The notes beneath the pieces are model-generated. The model was given only the letters and a program-made list of their open reading frames with translations. It was not told the origin of the DNA and did no database searches. Positions 14,101 to 24,458 of a stretch of 64,000 nt of DNA are shown piece after piece. The translations under genes were made by a program, and so were the position numbers. Source of the DNA: Yuukianura sp. NJ FZ-2021 (lineage: Eukaryota); contig CM102286.1 of the NCBI GenBank assembly GCA_046563655.1, positions 9,610,001 to 9,674,000 on the forward strand. The letters are read 5' to 3'. How positions within the stretch are numbered: position 1 is the first letter of the stretch; each line of letters starts with the position of its first letter.

Positions 14101-16317
14101 TCATGAAGAGTCATAGTCACTGGAATATTGATCCGAATCTTCATGAGGTTCTGTAGAAGTCGATTGAAGTTGCACATTTAAAAAGAATGTTGTCAATTTA
14201 CCCCTACTGCTGGGTTTCGGGTTTGTAACTAGCAGTTTATGTTCTTCAGATAGCGAATTTAAGATTTTTGACACTGCTGTGATAAAAGATTTAGGATGAT
14301 ATGTACGGTTATGAACAATGTACGTTCCTTTTCTTGTTGAGGTAGTATTTTCTGAATAAGCCCCGATTTCATTTGGCATTGAACTGAAGTACGGGATATT
14401 GTGTTCAATAATTGAAGAGTAGATGAAAAGGTGATCCACGGTGCTCAAGTAGTGAGGTAAAAGCCAATTTAATCGTTGGACCGACGAATTCACACAATCA
14501 CGTTTTTTCAATCCGAAAATGTAACGGATACACCGTCGAAATGTTTTGTTCACATAGTTGAATTTGTAATGCTTTGCTTTTGACCAAAGTACTATTAAGT
14601 AGCGTATTACTGGATATATGTATGCGCTGATCATTAGTTTTCTGTTCTGGAACGACAATAGGTGTTGAATTGGTTGAAGAGACCATAGTATTTTATTACA
14701 CTTTTTAACAACGCTGCTTATGTGCTCAGTCCATGAAAGAGTGTTGTCCAGTATCAAGCCGAGCGTTTTAAAAGAATCGACGTTCTCAATTTCGGTTTCA
14801 CCTACTTTGAGTTGAATTCGACCAATACTTTTTATTTGGCTTGCTTTCCCAATAAGAAGCACTTTTGTTTTCTCTAAATGCAGACTCATGTGGTTGTGAT
14901 TAGTCCAGGAAGTTATGGAGGAAATCGTTTCTTCAGCTCTTCTGATTAATTGACGAAACTGGTCTGGCGGGCTTCCCATGACGATGTTGTTGTCATCCGC
15001 GAAAAGCACTGGTACTCCGTCTTTAATTGCAAGTGGGAGATCGTTTATCATAATGGAGAACAGGAACGGACCCAGTACTGAGCCTTGAGGAACTGATAAA
15101 ATGGTTTCTCTTGATTGTGACGTCACACCATTTACCCGTACAATTTGAGATCTGTCGTTCAAATATGATTCAAACCACGAAGATGAAACGTTGTACCATC
15201 GCAGTTTTTCACAAAGAATGCCCTTGTTTACAGTGTCGAAAGCTTTCTTTAAATCCATTGAAATAACCATACACAAATCACCGCGATTCAGATGGCTATA
15301 AATTAGTTCGGTGAGGGCTATTTGTGCCATTGTGGTAGAATGATGATCACGAAAACCAAATTGTGCACTACTGAGTAGACTGTGGCGATTGAAGAATAAT
15401 TTTAGCTGATTGAGGGCGAACTTTTCACATAATTTCGCAATTACTGGTTGTAGAGAAATTGGGCGAGTTTCGTTTGGATGTGATGGTTTGGGTACTTTAG
15501 GTAGCGGTATTACCGATGAATGTTTGAGACATTTAGGGAAAGTTCCACTTCTCAGCGTTTTGTTGATAAGGTAGATGATCTGTTTTTCAATATTAGGTGA
15601 TCCAAGGCAGTGTGCTAATATCCAGTTTGACATTCCAAAATTATCTTTGCTTTTGCTATTCTTGTTTTTTAGATTCTTCCAAGTTTGATTGAACATTGAA
15701 GAGGTTATATCAGAGAAACTAAACTGATCAGCGGGTGTGGTGATGAGATCCGGTTTCGATGGTACAAGAGTAGAAACAAATTGTGGTGTAGTAATTGAAG
15801 TGAAATAGTCATTAATTTCGTCGGCGGAGAACTGCAGATCTTGACTTTTTGAACTTGAAGTTGAACGAATCTTAGAAATTGCTTTGAATGGGCCGAGCTT
15901 TTTTATGTCAAGGTTGAGTGCGTCTTTCCTGTCTTGAGCGATTGTTAATTTCAATGACTTCGTTAGTTTTTTCAGATGTGTATGTTGGACGTGGGACAGC
16001 TGACATGATCGTATGAGGATTCCGACTCCTCCTTTTCCTTGCCAGTCACGATCTTTATGAAGAAAGTCATAGCCATCGATAGGCCTTGGTGGGTTGTTTT
16101 CTTTCAAGTGAGTTTCGGTGATGCACAGAACGTCAAACTGATACATGTCAAGTAGTATTTTTATTAAGTCAGCTTTTGAATTGAAGCCACAGACATTTAA
16201 GGCTGCTATATTGAGTCGATTTTTTAAAATACAAGGAGAATTGGTGTTTGTACTGCTTGTAAGTCGGTTTCTGCATTGATTGACGCGATCTCGACCGGAG
16301 TAATCAAGTTTTGATAG
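14101..16317 (-). CDS. LINE ORF2: partial AP endonuclease plus reverse transcriptase
   Basis: APE motifs LNIAALNVCG, DVLCITETHL, GGVGILI; RT motifs RPISL, QFGFR, DLKKAFDTV, VPQGSVLGP, FADD, KTLGLILD. The frame is open from the ORF1 stop. Confidence 0.92.
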   Translation of the reverse strand, partial: LSKLDYSGRDRVNQCRNRLTSSTNTNSPCILKNRLNIAALNVCGFNSKADLIKILLDMYQFDVLCITETHLKENNPPRPIDGYDFLHKDRDWQGKGGVGILIRSCQLSHVQHTHLKKLTKSLKLTIAQDRKDALNLDIKKLGPFKAISKIRSTSSSKSQDLQFSADEINDYFTSITTPQFVSTLVPSKPDLITTPADQFSFSDITSSMFNQTWKNLKNKNSKSKDNFGMSNWILAHCLGSPNIEKQIIYLINKTLRSGTFPKCLKHSSVIPLPKVPKPSHPNETRPISLQPVIAKLCEKFALNQLKLFFNRHSLLSSAQFGFRDHHSTTMAQIALTELIYSHLNRGDLCMVISMDLKKAFDTVNKGILCEKLRWYNVSSSWFESYLNDRSQIVRVNGVTSQSRETILSVPQGSVLGPFLFSIMINDLPLAIKDGVPVLFADDNNIVMGSPPDQFRQLIRRAEETISSITSWTNHNHMSLHLEKTKVLLIGKASQIKSIGRIQLKVGETEIENVDSFKTLGLILDNTLSWTEHISSVVKKCNKILWSLQPIQHLLSFQNRKLMISAYIYPVIRYLIVLWSKAKHYKFNYVNKTFRRCIRYIFGLKKRDCVNSSVQRLNWLLPHYLSTVDHLFIYSSIIEHNIPYFSSMPNEIGAYSENTTSTRKGTYIVHNRTYHPKSFITAVSKILNSLSEEHKLLVTNPKPSSRGKLTTFFLNVQLQSTSTEPHEDSDQYSSDYDSS

Positions 16318-17070
16318 TCAGATTGGAGAACGGGGTGTAATACTGCTACGTCCAAACCCTGAAGTTCGAGCAACGGAAGCGAAAGTTGGAGCTTGAGAGG
16401 TAGTAGTATTCATGTGAACGTTGCCAGTATTTTGCATGCGGTATTTGATTGCTAGTTTTTGTCGTGTACTGAAAGGGAGGTCCTGTGTGATTTTGATGCC
16501 CGGGTGTGCAATTTTGATTTTATCACGATTCTTCCAGATCATGTTTCTAGCTTCAAGCGATTTAAAGATAATTTTGACAGGTTTGTTTGGATTTTGAGGG
16601 GTTGATTTGCCAAGTCTAAATGCTTCAGAGACAAAAGTCGAATTGGTAATTTGGAGACTATTGGAGAAGATCGTTTCGAGTCCGGAAAGAAGTGATTCTG
16701 TAGTTTCGTTCGTGTACCGTTGAAGTCCATGCAACACGAGGTTAGTTTTGTTAATGGCGATTTGAAGGTTTTCAATTTCTGAGTCATGGGTTTGAACGTT
16801 TTGAATTATGTACTTCTGCTCATTTTCAGTTGCTTGAACTCTTTCCTTGATTGAGGTAACTTCTGATGTAAGCGATTGTAATTGCTGTGAAAGTTCAACA
16901 TGATTGGTTTTGACTTGGTCACTAAGATCTTTGATTTGATCTTTGATTGTAGTCAGGATTGAGGCAATGTCAGTGTCACCCATCTTCAGTGCTTTTTGAG
17001 TGTTGGTTTCAGAGTTAGTAATAGCTTTACGTTTTGTTCCTCTGGTATTTGGTTTCTCCAAAGAGGTCAT
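16318..17070 (-). CDS. LINE ORF1 (coiled coil plus RRM-like domain)
   Basis: Heptad-rich N-terminal half, then NLVLHGL...FRLGK...KPVKIIF...ITQDL, typical of CR1/L2-type ORF1p. Confidence 0.85.
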   Translation of the reverse strand: MTSLEKPNTRGTKRKAITNSETNTQKALKMGDTDIASILTTIKDQIKDLSDQVKTNHVELSQQLQSLTSEVTSIKERVQATENEQKYIIQNVQTHDSEIENLQIAINKTNLVLHGLQRYTNETTESLLSGLETIFSNSLQITNSTFVSEAFRLGKSTPQNPNKPVKIIFKSLEARNMIWKNRDKIKIAHPGIKITQDLPFSTRQKLAIKYRMQNTGNVHMNTTTSQAPTFASVARTSGFGRSSITPRSPI

Positions 17071-17582
17071 CGGTTCATCATCAGGATGTAAACTAGATAA
17101 ATACCAGAACTGGTGCCAGTATCTTTTGATTTCAATTTGGATGATTATGACCTTCGGGTCACTACAAATACTAATGTAAGACGGAACTTACTTATAGTCG
17201 TTTGCACGGTGCCATGAGTTAAATCGTAGTCAGCTGATTGTTGATGATGAGAACTCGGGTATTTCCACCAAGGTGACCTTGTGTGAAGATTTCTGTAGCT
17301 TCCTTGCTGAAAGTACATGGCGATGGCAGGCAATTCTGCTGTTTGAATGGCGGATAATTGCGGAATTTTGGATTTGCAGAACGAAATTGGAAGACGGAGA
17401 AGAATCCGATAACTCAAAACGGTTTTCAATTTTTGGTTTTAGTCTTCTGGAGACGCATGTCTACGACATGCTGAAGAAGAATATTGATACGACTTTGTCT
17501 GTCTGTCTGTCCGTCCGTTCGCTTTTTTAGGATCTTTTGCACTGAAACATAAGCCCCATCGCAGTCCTGGGGTTATGTATGG

Positions 17583-18355
17583 CTCAAGTATTTTCATTAG
17601 GTCTACATTGCACTCAAAGACTTACATTAACAACGCAAAAGTTTGCGGCTGAATCGCATTGCTGATTCTTAAGTCCTCAAAATTTTTGTGCTAGGTCTGT
17701 ATTATGCTAAAAAATTTTTTTAACAACGAAATTTTGATCTGGTCATTTTCTGACAGTTACTTTAATGACGTTGTTAAATTAAGCCTAGTTAGAGTGTGTA
17801 AAATCCGGCTCAAATTCATAATATGTAAACAGTGTTTGACATGGTTCCACTTTGCATTCACAAGAAATTTTTATGATTTTGATTTTAAGGAAACGACATT
17901 AGACACCCGCCACTCAACGTTCACTTTTGTGCATGATGCACACAAATGAAGGTTTGTACAGGTTTGAGAACTACCTTGAGCATTGCCATGGCAACATCGA
18001 CAATACATTATGTGCATCTTCCTCAGCAAATTAAGAACATCAATCAAGAATGGTATTCGACATCTTCTCCTAAACGTTCAATTTTGTGAATTTGGTGCAC
18101 AAATTAACAACATCAATTCAGTGCAGATGTTTTCAGCCTGAAAACTTTAACATGATTTTGTTCAATTTAACGGTAAAATTGCCAAGACAATTTTGGTGCA
18201 ACTCATGCACTAATTGGGATCTCACATTCGCACTGAAAATTTTCAGTGACGTTTTAAAGCTTCAATTCCACGAAAACGGTTTCTCAATTCGTCTACAGTT
18301 TTGCGGTAGGCCGGTCTAAATGTCGTATCAATGGTCAACTCCCTCCAGAAGACCT
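17583..18355. repeat. Diverged direct copy of about 21887-22805; its end (18298-18355) is also inverted at 18671-18729
   Basis: Shared blocks TCTACATTGCACTCAAAG, CTTAAGTCCTCAAAATTT, AAAATCCGGCT and CTCCAGAAGACCT in both copies. Confidence 0.8.
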
Positions 18356-19038
18356 CAAATTGCACCATCTTTTTTTCTCGCTTAACTACCGTAAAGTCTA
18401 AGTTTTTGGAGGAAGCTAACATTTAAATAAATTAACTCTTTGCACTTTGGGTAGTCCAAATACTTCTGCAACAGCTATTCCAAAAGTTCAATGGGATTTT
18501 CTTTAATTAAAAGATTTCCAGCGCTTAGAAATTAAGTTGCATGTCGCTTTTCAAAGGCTCAAATTGCCTCATTTTTTAAACCAAAGTCGACTTTTGAAGC
18601 TTGTAAAGTCGACTTTCGACTTTCCAAAAAATGGTCAAACAAGGTAGGGCGATGCTCAAGGGTTGAGCATAGGTCTTCTGGAGGGAGTTGACCATTGATA
18701 CGACATTTAGACCGGCCTACCGCAAAACTATTTCCACTTCTGGTGAAAATTAAAAATTGACACGCGGAATCACTAAACTTTCGTTTGCTTTCATTTGTGT
18801 AGTGTTTAGACTAACGCTTGGTTCTGGGAGTAGATTTAGAGTTGGGGTGGTTCCAGCCAAGGTTTATGTTTGGAGACACTTTCAAAATGGAGGAGAGGAG
18901 GATTCTGGGGGCAGAAATGGTCCCATTTTGGTCTTGGTTGCGTTGCTGGTCCAGGAACTTAGCCGCTTACTGTACGCGGCTTACAGTGGACCTTCTACAT
19001 TTCCCTTATTTCTATTTACAAAAAGAAGGTATGCCGCC

Positions 19039-19273
19039 TTACAGTGGACCTTCGACATGTAAATCAAATCGATGTGCCCAAGAGATGCTGTCCACTCTCT
19101 CCGTGTGCTGCACTTCCAGGATTCGCTTTGACCTCTCCGGTTCGAGCATGTGGTACACTCGCACGTTGTTGTCTGCACTCCCGGCTGCAATGAAAGTCCC
19201 GCCGGAGGAGGAGGAGCAAATCATCTGAGCATGGCCAGGGCGCATTCTCTCCATGTAGATCGTCGATTTCGGC
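19039..19273 (-). pseudogene. BRWD3: Captured WD40 exon fragment of a PHIP/BRWD1/BRWD3-family gene
   Basis: ERMRPGHAQMICSSSSGGTFIAAGSADNNVRVY...HTERVDSI resembles the PHIP-family segment [24 protein letters not shown]...HTDKVDSI; acceptor site retained. Confidence 0.75.
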
Positions 19274-19355
19274 CTAAAAAAACAAAAGTATCCAAGTATT
19301 AAAGAGCACTCATAATGTTCGTCCATAGCTATACCGTGGGCTGCTAGGAATTTAC

Positions 19356-19904
19356 CTGCGGCGGCATCAGGGATGCTTTTATGATGCGATCCCTCTCACT
19401 CTCAATATCATCATCTTCCAAAACCAGCCTGGAGATACTTTCTTCGACGTTTGTATAACCAGAATCCTGATCGTCATATGCACCGTAAAGACTTCCTTCA
19501 ATGCCCGAGTACAAAGGCGGAACAGCAACTTCCGTTTCCAATTGATTAAGCAGATCCGAATTATTCTGCAAACAACAATATAGAATAATTATTATCCCAA
19601 GTTGAGTCGAATGATGACTGAGTACGCGTAGAGTTTTCTCTCCAGTCATTTCAATGCCTTTACCTTATTGATGTCAGACATATTCTGTGTCTGTCCAATA
19701 CTGAAGAAATCGTCACTCTGCTCTGCTCCGTCCCAAGTATATTCTAACAACAAAGTAACGTAAATTGACCATGTTCGGAAAATAAAACTAGAAGAGAGAA
19801 GTCGTGCTGAATAACGGTATTATACCTTCTCCTTTGTCACCGAAAGTCACGTCATTGAGAGTATCCTTTTCATCGTCTATGACCACTTGCGTTTCGTCCA
19901 TCAT
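19356..19904 (-). pseudogene. PAT1: Captured N-terminal exons of a Pat1/PATL1-like decapping scaffold
   Basis: Three phase-compatible exons (19904-19826, 19743-19664, 19565-19356) read DDEKDTLNDVTFG...EESISRLVLEDD, resembling Pat1 N-terminal motifs (NDxTFG). Confidence 0.65.
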
Positions 19905-20501
19905 CTAAAACCAATTTCATATTTGGATTAATGTTGTCCATCACCTATTATCATTACGTTGATTGAAACTAAATTAAATTGCTTACTTTGAAGTCGTATC
20001 CTGAAGGCTGTGGAGGGCTGAGTCGCTGAGTCGGCTGTCGGCTGGATTACTCTGTTTGCACTGTTTGCAAAGAAATAAGGTAGAAGTGCAGAGTTCTTGG
20101 TAAATTCCGATTTGCATGAAATTTTTTTCTAAACTAATTTCAGGGTGCGGAACACAAGTATGAAAAAATTTTCCGCGGAAACCACTTTTTCGAATTTCTT
20201 TCAAATTTCGAAAAAACTTTGGATTGTTTTTTACGTTTGATTTGCATGAAGTTTATTTCCCAGACTAACTTCGGGTTGCTGGACACAAAACTGGTATCAG
20301 ATTTAGGCGGACTCCTGAAATAATGAAATGACTTTCAATTTTCCGCGCCGAAGGCGCGGTGTTAGGTTTGGTTTTGTTGACAATTATGATTCCATTAGTA
20401 GGGTAGGTTAAGCTAATATACACTTTTTATCCATATCCATATCACAGACCAAAAACAATCCAAAAAATTTTTCTTCAAAATTTTGAAAAAATTTGAAAAA
20501 G

Positions 20502-21880
20502 TGGGTTACATCGGAAATAATTTGCTTTGAAATTAAGCAGTGGCAGCCTATTTCCGAAGATCTACATTCCGCATTGTTTAATACAAAGTAAATATGAACG
20601 TAAATTTCAGGCAAAAAACTGCTCAAACATTAATTATAAGAACTGTGCTTATACGGCGTCTGCCGTTGGTGTAAGGGTTGAACACAGCACTTCAGCGGGT
20701 TTAGTTTATGGGTTACATTGGAAATAATTTGCTTTGAAATTAAGCAGTGGCAGCCTATTTCCGAAGATCTACGTTCCGCATTGTTTAATACAAAGTAAAT
20801 ATGAACGTAAATTTCAGGCAAAAAACTGCTCAAACATTAATTATAAGAACTGTGCTTATACGGCGTCTGCCGTTGGTGTAAGGGTTGAACACAGCACTTC
20901 AGCGGGTTTAGTTTATGGGTTGCATCGGAAATAATTTCCTTTGAAATTAAGCAGTGGCAGCCTATTTCCGAAGATCTACATTCCGCATTGTTTAATACAA
21001 AGTAAATATGAACGTAAATTTCAGGCAAAAAACTGCTCAAACATTAATTATAAGAACTGTGCTTATACGGCGTCTGCCGTTGGTGTAAGGGTTGAACACA
21101 GCACTTCAACGGGTTTAGTTCATGGGTTACATCGGAAATAATTTGCTTTGAAATTAAGCAGTGGCAGCCTATTTCCGAAGATCTACATTCCGCATTGTTT
21201 AATACAAAGTAAATATGAACGTAAATTTCAGGCAAAAAACTGCTCAAACATTAATTATAAGTACTGTGCTTATACGGCGTCTGCCGTTGGTGTAAGGGTT
21301 GAACACAGCACTTCAGCGGGTTTAGTTTATGGGTTACATCGGAAATAATTTGCTTTGAAATTAAGCAGTGGCAGCCTATTTCCGAAGATCTACATTCCGC
21401 ATTGTTTAATACAAAGTAAATATGAACGTAGATTTCAGGCAAAAAACTGCTCAAACATTAATTATAAGAACTGTGCTTATACGGCGTCTGCCGTTGGTGT
21501 AAGGGTTGAACGCAGCACTTCAACGGGTTTAGTTTATGGGTTACATCGGAAATAATTTGCTTTGAAATTAAGCAGTGGCAGCCTATTTCCGAAGATCTAC
21601 ATTCCGCATTGTTTAATACAAAGTAAATATGAACGTAAATTTCAGGCAAAAAACTGCACAAACATTAATTATAAGAACTGTGCTTATACGGCGTCTGCCG
21701 TTGGTGTAAGGGTTGAACACAGCACTTTAGCGGGTTTAGTTTATGGGTTACATCGGAAATAATTTGCTTTGAAATTAAGCAGTGGCAGCCTATTTCCGAA
21801 GATCTACATTCCGCATTGTTTAATACAAAGTAAATATGAACGTAAATTTCAGGCAAAAAACTGCTCAAACATTAATTATA
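20502..21880. repeat. 207-bp tandem repeat, about 6.7 near-identical copies
   Basis: Exact 207-nt periodicity (spurious ORF starts at 20527, 20734, 20941...); only a few substitutions between units. Confidence 0.97.
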
Positions 21881-24357
21881 CCCAATCTCAAGTGTTTTCT
21901 CTACCTCTACATTGCACTCAAAGTGTTAAGTTAACAACGTCAAAGTATGCGGCTGCTTCGCGTTGCAGTTTCTTAAGTCCTCAAAATTTCTGTGTCAGGT
22001 CTGCATTGCACTCAAAATATATTTAAACAACGAAGTTTTGATCTTCTCATTTTCTGATATTATGTTTAGGTACGTTGTTAAATTAAGACTAATTAGAGGG
22101 TAGAAAATCCGGCTTAAATTCGTAACATGCAAACAGAGTTTGGCAGAGTTCAAATTTGCCTTTGCATGAAATTATTATAAACAAGCGATTTTCGGCTGAA
22201 TAACTTATGCACTTGATTTAACACACTGTGCATCTTCATGAACCGTTTTCGATTTAAAAGAAGGCATATTCGACCCATCCTGCTCAGCGTTCAATTTTGT
22301 GCACACTTATAAGTAGATGCACATAAATGTCAAATTGCGCAGTTATTTTGACGCTGGGTAATGAACGTTGTTATTTCAACATTTGTGCATACTTGAGAAC
22401 AACTGCACATACATCTTTTAGAATGGTGATTACATCCGAATAATTGTGCATTTATATGAACAGATTTAATGGAATTCTAATTTTGTTCATTCTTGAGAAC
22501 AATTTGATGCAGAAATGTTGTGAATCAAAATAATTTTCAGGAGAGTGAATACGGTTCAGGGGCTAAAGCTGAACAACATTCTTATGCAAACGGTTTTTTA
22601 ACATTTTGGTGCAATTGTGCACAAAAGGGACCACATCTGCACTGAAAATTACGAGCGTTGTTTTGTTTCATAAATCTAGTAAAAACGGTTTCTTAACGTT
22701 TCTCTTCGATAGACTTACGAACAGCCGGTCTGAAAGCCTTATCAATTGTCAACTCCTCCAGAAGACCTATGCTCAACCCTTGAGCATCGCCCTACCTTGT
22801 TTGAATTTGGGTTAAACTTTCCCCCTATTATTTACGACTTTTTCGTCGGTTACCCCTAACAACGAATTTAAGGTGTCTACTTTTGGCTGCCACACCCTGA
22901 ACATCCGATTTATACATTCACGTTTTTTGCTATATTTTGTAAAAAAAAAAAACTAGTATTTGTTTTTTCATACCAAACGTCATTTTTTTTAGATTTACTA
23001 TTCGCTTATCTATTACAGAAGTGTTTCTACTATAATCTCAGAATTTTCAATAACTTTTTCAACCCACATTTTGTGGGTGTAAGTGTTGTAAAATAAAAAA
23101 AAACGAAAAAAAAAATTCGCTTATTTAATTTTGCATTTTAACCAATATCTGATGATTCCGAGAATTAGACTATTTCATTTTACGTTTTTAAACATGTTCT
23201 GACGATTCCGAAGATTAGGCCTACCCCGTAACATCGCGTTTTTTTTTGCGATTCAGAGGTATTTGCTAATTTCCGAGGAATAGTCAGCCCCTCAAGAAAC
23301 CTCGGTGAAACCGGGTCATACTTCACGGACATTGTAACAACGACTATTGTTTTCAGCGCCCTATTTTTTTTGCATTTCGGTATGGCGTCGAAAATCGTCA
23401 GATAACCCTCGGGTATACGCCGTGAAATAGGGTATTATCACCATGCTTGGTATGATAATAGTTAATTCAGTTTAACTGTTATAAATTTATAAATAGTTAG
23501 TAGTTCTCATTGTTATGTTTTCACTGTTGCTTGCGCTTTGAAAGTTGGGTGTTGTGAATTTTTGAGGATAAAAGATGTTAATGTGCAAAATAGAAGTGGC
23601 AGCTTTTTAAATTTTCTAATCATCTTTCTAAAACCAACCATTATGTATTACCGTTTTCGCTGTAAATCAGTGATTTATTGTATAAAGTTAATATGCATAG
23701 GACGAAGATTGTTTCAATTGCTGAACAAAAAAAAACAATTAATCGAGTCGTTAAATCAATTGATGTGATAATTATTCGCATTTGTTAATAAAACCTTACG
23801 TTATGTTTCAATAAATAATCCATTTTAGAAAATTTTCGCGAGTGACATGACCTCTGACAACCCAAAAATGACCTCTACAAAAATTATTCAGGTCCATCAG
23901 TAGATCATTTTTTGTCTTCTGACCTATGACCCTATGACCTATGACTCGTACTGTCTTTTTTGGGCGCTAATATTTATACGGAAGATTGGTGGAATGGTGG
24001 GATCTGATCTGAGACACAATCTTGCAAATTCGAGTCGAATACGACTTGATAATAAAATTCGCCCCTCATTAAAGATCTGAGGGTTCTGAGCTTTAGTTAG
24101 TGCTACACCCGTTTTCTCTTTCCATATTCTCCATAGGGGTCCAGTTAAGGTGCTTGGGTCTGAGTGTTCTTCTGGCTCTGGTTTCTACGTAAGGATTAAC
24201 GGCTGCCATTGTAGCCGCCTAGTGTAACTATTCTGCCATTTTTAGTGGTTACAACGGGTGGAAACTTAAGTAGCCACAAGGTAAATAGAATACTATAAGG
24301 TTCGGTCCATTCAATATGTTTTTTCAAAACGCAATTGCCACTGGAAAAATTTGAGAA

Positions 24358-24458
24358 TGACGTCATCCGGTGAGTAGTCGATGGGCGTGGCTTAACACGT
24401 TTGCAATACAGTCGAACTTAATTAGCCACGCCCCATCGTTACTCTCCGGATGACGTCA
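24358..24458. repeat. Imperfect palindrome (MITE core) bounded by two TGACGTCA sites
   Basis: TGACGTCATCCGG...GGGCGTGGC is inverted as GCCACGCCC...CCGGATGACGTCA. Confidence 0.7.

Larger units (their letters stand above)
13915..17460 (-). mobile_element. Non-LTR retrotransposon (CR1/L2-group LINE), internally deleted; ends approximate
   Basis: ORF1 plus APE-RT ORF2; the exact termini and TSD were not resolved. Confidence 0.85.
13004..22899. mobile_element. Tc1/mariner-superfamily derivative with a transposase remnant and large cargo
   Basis: Perfect 29-bp TIRs CAGGGTGTGGCAGCCAAAAGTAGACACCT (13004-13032 / 22871-22899), preceded by TA. Minus-strand remnant RICFTDEATFFLNREMNHHN (about 13260-13330) resembles the first catalytic-Asp motif. 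Confidence 0.85.
11025..23332. mobile_element. Foldback-type non-autonomous DNA transposon with long TIRs and about 159-bp internal subrepeats; right arm split by a nested insertion
   Basis: ATGTCCGTGAAGTATGACC at 11025 is inverted at 23314-23332. Left arm 11025-about 11700 is matched in reverse by about 12590-13003 plus 22915-23332. Subrepeat anchors (GTGCTGGAA) at 11467, 11626, 11785. TSD ambiguous (gtaacca 11015-11021 vs gtaacaa 23334-23340). Confidence 0.9.

Noticed and set aside
20502..21880. CRISPR array, or tandem 66-67 aa genes
   Set aside because: Units are contiguous with no unique spacers, the context is eukaryotic, and the ORFs on both strands simply mirror the repeat.
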